Positions 33,612 to 35,949 of a stretch of 35,949 nt of DNA are shown in pieces; position 1 is the first letter of the stretch, and each line of letters opens with the position of its first letter. Both the position numbers and the translations under genes were made by a program. Under the pieces are notes generated by a model. That model was given only the letters and a program-made list of their open reading frames with translations, had not been told where the DNA came from and searched no databases. Origin of the DNA: a virus (lineage: Duplodnaviria; Caudoviricetes); the IMG/VR virus record IMGVR_UViG_3300020460_000030, positions 1-35,949 of that record. One strand, 5' to 3'.

Positions 33612-34901
33612 TTATTGTTTAAATTTAATGCGCAACTTATCCGAAGAATTACCTGAAACAACTCTAATTTTATCACCCGAAGACGTAGTAATTACAGAAT
33701 TATCTACTCTAGGATTCATATCAATATTGTTAGCTTTTTTAGCAGCTTCTTTTATAGCGTCGGCACGGCCTTGCTCATAGAAGTGATTAGCTATTTTATC
33801 GGCATTTCGTCCAGCAAATAATGCTTTATGATATTCATTAGCATTACCTAAACTACCATCTTCTGTAATATATTCATTAATAAAGTTTTTCAAGTCTGAT
33901 TGATATTTTTTTACATTTTCCGTATTATCTATTTTAAATCTATATTTGTTTTCACCAACCTGAAAATCAAAACCTTTGAAATCTTTATTGAAAACTTTTT
34001 CTGTTCGATCTAAAAATATTTTTTGTTGTTTTTGCCAATCTTCTTGTTCTTGTTGCTTAGCATTATAATACTCCATTGCTTGGACATATTTAGGATCAAT
34101 ATCTTCTTGCTTTCTTAACTTAAGATCTGCATAATATTTTTTCTTAGAATTGTCAAAATAATTTTGAGCATTATAAAGTTCTTCTTTAAAAGCTAATTTT
34201 TTAGCTTTTATATCTGTTGGTTCATCTGTTTCTTCATCATAAGAAAAGTTTTTATTCATTAAAAAACTTAAATCATCAGAATCAAGATGAGGTTTTGTAG
34301 ACTTATAATATTCTCTTAAAAGAGATATGTTATCCATCTTTGAAAAGTCTCTATTTAGATTAACATAATCTTCAAGACTTCCGCCGGTTTCTTCCATAAA
34401 TTTTATAAGATTGTCTACATTTTCTGGAAGCTCTTGTGTTTTAGCTTCCGGTAATATTTTTTCTTGTTCCTGTACGGGCTCGGGGTCTTTAGTGCTTGTA
34501 TCCACTCCTGCCTCGTCAGTTGTATTTTTTTCATCTGTAACAAGTTCTAAAGGTGATTCTACTTCTTCCCTTTGTTTTTCTTCGTTACTTTGATTTTTTT
34601 CTTTTTGTTTATTTTCTCCGGCAGGCTCTTTAGACTTTTCTTTGTCTTCCGCTTGAACCTTTTCGCTAGTTTCGGATCCGTCGCGTACAGATACCTCATT
34701 TGTGCTTTGCTTCTGAACGGCATCCTTATTTTCTTTTTGTGGTTTATCTAAATTTACTTTATAAACTCCATCAGGTTGTAATCCATAATCTGGGTTTACA
34801 TCTCCTTCTTTAATAGCTGTATCCAAAACAGCAGCTTCTTTTTCTTGCGGTGAAGTTTCTTTTTTGTCTTCAACCGGTTTTACTTGTACTTGTTCTTCCA
34901 T
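33612..34901 (-). CDS. capsid scaffolding-like protein
   Basis: Very acidic, low-complexity N-terminal third; helical remainder; sits between portal and MCP. Confidence 0.7.
   Translation of the reverse strand: MEEQVQVKPVEDKKETSPQEKEAAVLDTAIKEGDVNPDYGLQPDGVYKVNLDKPQKENKDAVQKQSTNEVSVRDGSETSEKVQAEDKEKSKEPAGENKQKEKNQSNEEKQREEVESPLELVTDEKNTTDEAGVDTSTKDPEPVQEQEKILPEAKTQELPENVDNLIKFMEETGGSLEDYVNLNRDFSKMDNISLLREYYKSTKPHLDSDDLSFLMNKNFSYDEETDEPTDIKAKKLAFKEELYNAQNYFDNSKKKYYADLKLRKQEDIDPKYVQAMEYYNAKQQEQEDWQKQQKIFLDRTEKVFNKDFKGFDFQVGENKYRFKIDNTENVKKYQSDLKNFINEYITEDGSLGNANEYHKALFAGRNADKIANHFYEQGRADAIKEAAKKANNIDMNPRVDNSVITTSSGDKIRVVSGNSSDKLRIKFKQ
34415..34534 (-). CDS. overprinted (+1 frame) 39-aa basic peptide with ArfA-like NKKKYxRKxKH motif
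   Basis: MKKIQLTRQEWIQALKTPSPYRNKKKYYRKLKHKSFQKM*, nested in the scaffold gene. Confidence 0.55.
   Translation of the reverse strand: MKKIQLTRQEWIQALKTPSPYRNKKKYYRKLKHKSFQKM
34559..34723 (-). CDS. overprinted (+1 frame) 54-aa basic protein of the MPFxSxAQ type
   Basis: MPFRSKAQMRYLYATDPKLAKRFKRKTKKSLKSLPEKINKKKKIKVTKKNKGKK*; A at -3, -6 and -11 to -13 before the ATG. Confidence 0.65.
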   Translation of the reverse strand: MPFRSKAQMRYLYATDPKLAKRFKRKTKKSLKSLPEKINKKKKIKVTKKNKGKK

Positions 34902-34930
34902 AATATATAATAAAATAATTAAACTTTTTT

Positions 34931-35949
34931 TTATTTAGGTTCAAATCTCGATAAATCAAACCCACCTAATACATCATTGCCTTTAGATTCAAAAGATTTT
35001 TTAGGCTTTTCAGTTCTAGGCGGCCCTTGTATTTTATTAATAGAAATTTTTTCTTTACTTCTATTTTGCTTTTCAACTAATTCTTTTTGGGCCTCTAACT
35101 CTAGTTGTTTTAATTTGACATTTAAATCATATTCAAACTGCATTAATTGTTTTTTTGTTCTTGCTTCAATTTCTAATTTTTTAATATCTAACTCAGCAGA
35201 ACTAGTTTGAATTTGTATTTTAGACTCTGTTTTTACTTGCTCAGCTTGTGCTTTAGCCTGTTCTATTTGAATTTGTGCTTGGCCTTGTGCTTCAGCTTGG
35301 GCAACACTAGCAGCTTGAGCTTGTTGTTGATCAGCTTGTTGTTTTTTAACTCTTCTAAATTTAAGAAGCTGATTAGCTAATTTTGTATTATTAATATCTC
35401 TAATATCAATAGCGTCTTCTAAAAATATACTGTTTTGAGCTAAAGCAGCTTGTATATTTGCTTCTAATAAAGCTTTTTCTTCTTGATCTGGTTCTAATTC
35501 TAAAAATATACCAAAATCGTGCATGTGTAATTCTTTTAATTCATTTAAAGAACCTACAGTAAATTTTCCTAATGCAGATATAAAAGCTTCTTTTTGAGGA
35601 TGATAATTTAAAACATCTTTAAATCTTAAAGATATTGCCTCAGCAATACCTAATGTAATAGACATACTGCTATCTAATATATGTCTTGTTGCAGTATTAC
35701 TATTTGCTGCAGCTAATTTTTGTACGCCTACTAATGCTTTTGGATCGGGATCAGATCCATCTCTAGCTTCATTTAATCCTGTAATATCTCGAATCATTTG
35801 AAGATATTGATTATAAGCTGTAATTAAAACTTGTATTTGATTACCTCCCCCACCTGGTAATTCTTGAATAGGCACTTTGCCTTGATTAGGATCGCCATCA
35901 ACAGTTAATGATCTACCTATTATAGATCCTGTTTGAAAATACATATTCA
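34931..35949 (-). CDS. portal protein, C-terminal part (partial, starts beyond window)
   Basis: MYFQTGS; IRD.TGLNEARDGS.P...LVGVQKLAA.NSNTAT.HI; Q-rich C-terminal coiled coil; upstream of scaffold and MCP. Confidence 0.85.
   Translation of the reverse strand, partial: NMYFQTGSIIGRSLTVDGDPNQGKVPIQELPGGGGNQIQVLITAYNQYLQMIRDITGLNEARDGSDPDPKALVGVQKLAAANSNTATRHILDSSMSITLGIAEAISLRFKDVLNYHPQKEAFISALGKFTVGSLNELKELHMHDFGIFLELEPDQEEKALLEANIQAALAQNSIFLEDAIDIRDINNTKLANQLLKFRRVKKQQADQQQAQAASVAQAEAQGQAQIQIEQAKAQAEQVKTESKIQIQTSSAELDIKKLEIEARTKKQLMQFEYDLNVKLKQLELEAQKELVEKQNRSKEKISINKIQGPPRTEKPKKSFESKGNDVLGGFDLSRFEPK

Noticed and set aside
14184-35210. Short + strand ORFs within the structural arm, and - strand ORF 33313-33576
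   Set aside because: Antisense or off-frame shadows with S/F/L-biased composition and no supporting signals
1-35949. tRNA genes, CRISPR arrays, introns/inteins, integrase, diversity-generating retroelement, stop-codon reassignment
   Set aside because: No intergenic space or repeats to hold them; conserved enzymes are uninterrupted and of normal length; genes read fully in the standard code

Overview
This is an AT-rich (roughly 30% GC by eye), densely coding fragment of a tailed dsDNA phage read in the standard genetic code. Two arms converge on a bidirectional terminator near 13.93 kb. The + arm (1-13917) carries early, replication and nucleotide-metabolism genes: 3D-domain and KTSC proteins, a sigma-70-like factor, ERF recombinase, RecE-like exonuclease, SSB, T7-type primase-helicase, ThyA, a GIY-YIG-like/MazG fusion, an endonuclease I-like resolvase, and class I RNR beta and alpha. 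The - arm (13933-35949) carries podovirus-type morphogenesis genes: partial portal, scaffold, major capsid, ring/tail adaptors, tail stabilisation protein, a GNAT, and three putative ejected proteins including a 2262-aa giant. SD-less A/T-rich starts, signal peptides followed by Gln and a BACON-like domain suggest a Bacteroidetes (probably flavobacterial) host; this is inference. Four hidden features stand out. (1) An in-frame A_AAU_UUU slippery site, 5-nt spacer and predicted H-type pseudoknot at codon 44-45 of the giant gene would give a 79-aa -1 frameshift product. (2) The giant protein looks like a polyprotein punctuated by (A/L)QK(S/A/G)(L/W) motifs, with two HExxH zincins and a sigma-70 region-2-like domain. 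(3) Two small basic genes appear overprinted in the +1 frame of the acidic scaffold gene, one with an ArfA-like motif. (4) The tail protein is split and carries cupredoxin-like and BACON-like domains. All family calls rest on motif recognition by eye; no database searches were run.
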